A DNA stretch of 64,000 bases, taken from the NCBI GenBank assembly GCA_963845535.1, contig CAWJSK010000001.1, positions 32,001 to 96,000 of the forward strand. The letters are read 5' to 3'. Source of the DNA: an uncultured Spirochaetota bacterium (lineage in GTDB: Bacteria > Spirochaetota > Spirochaetia > SZUA-6 > Fen-1364). This document shows, in pieces, positions 59,350 through 64,000 of this stretch (positions are counted from its first letter, which is position 1; each line of letters starts with the position of its first letter). The notes under the pieces are model-generated. The model was not told where the DNA came from and ran no database searches. It saw only the letters and a list, made by a program, of their open reading frames with translations. The position numbers and the translations under genes are program-made.

Positions 59350-59482
59350 TTAAGGGAAGGGGAGAAAGAGGTCAGCAACTCTCGTGCTTTCGGGCATGGG
59401 AGATGTGAGAGCGGGTCAAGCACGTGCTTAGGCATGTGTGAAATAGATGGATAAAAGACGCTCCCGCAAGGGAGTGTTGTAT

Positions 59483-61032
<1,550 letters not shown>

Positions 61033-61166
61033 GAGATAGCGATTTCGCTCACGCGAAATCGCGGAACTGATCGCTCTCCCTCTACTCTCCTCCCTTTTCT
61101 GCATATACGCCGGATACTTTTAGTTTTCGGCTCTTAAGCCGTCTACACTGGGCGGTTGCAAAGCAC

Positions 61167-61239
61167 GGGGGTATAGCTCAGTGGCTAGAGCGGTGGCTTT
61201 GCAAGCCATAGGTCTGGGGTTCAAGTCCCCATACCTCCA
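61167..61239 (+). tRNA. tRNA-Ala(TGC), CCA not encoded
   Basis: GGGGGTA/TACCTCC acceptor stem with G3:U70, anticodon arm GTGGC-TT-TGC-AA-GCCAT, GTTCAAGTC T-loop. Confidence 0.96.
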
Positions 61240-61503
61240 GGCGGACGAGTGCTGCTGAAAGCAGCACAGGGTCGACAACCTTCGCCTTATCACCTAGGGA
61301 TCTTTGACAACATTAGGGAAGGAAGAACGAAGAGGCGCGTAGTCTGTCCATGTGGCACCGGAAAGACGAAGCGCGAGCGAGCGGGGAGGTCTGCCTGAGG
61401 ACTGAGCCGCGAGCGAACATGTCTGCGCAGGACGGACCTCACACCTGCCGCGATACCGCACTAGGCGCTCGCTTGCCATATCGTTCGCGATAAGGGAAAA
61501 TAT

Positions 61504-64000
<2,497 letters not shown>

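Overview
GC-rich core-chromosome window from a spirochaete. The assignment rests on the 16S stretch GGCAGCAGCTAAGAATCTTCCGCAATG, a 16S-tRNA-Ala-23S operon, solo groEL and a cyclophilin-FKBP fusion. I found no mobile elements, CRISPR arrays or recognisable defence systems. In order, the window holds: a truncated WD40 protein; a LapA-like protein; an MBL-cNMP-cNMP-hemerythrin fusion; a TetR-controlled LolA-like/outer-membrane/ABC operon; asnB; a likely glucosylglycerate/mannosylglucosylglycerate cluster; CPA2 and two CLC transporters; an Ig-repeat OmpA lipoprotein; pdhABC-lpdA; a PHP-ACT-ACT protein; trpB2 under a Trp attenuator; zwf-opcA-pgl; birA; groEL; a double-MerR regulator; yajC-secD-secF; tkt; T-box-thrS with an ATP-cone kinase; two divergent CDP-alcohol transferases; and an rRNA operon. 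Six genes are split by single-base indels that look like long-read assembly errors. The most interesting items are: (1) a four-Trp leader peptide driving what looks like a two-terminator relay attenuator of trpB2; (2) a hemerythrin domain that has lost specifically the O2-binding iron ligands; (3) a ligand-less M20 pseudo-peptidase coupled to gpgS, opposite MggA/MggB-like genes; (4) PHP-ACT and ATP-cone-kinase fusions; (5) a T-box in a spirochaete; (6) many apparently leaderless operon-first genes. All calls come from reading motifs by eye; no database search or folding program was run.
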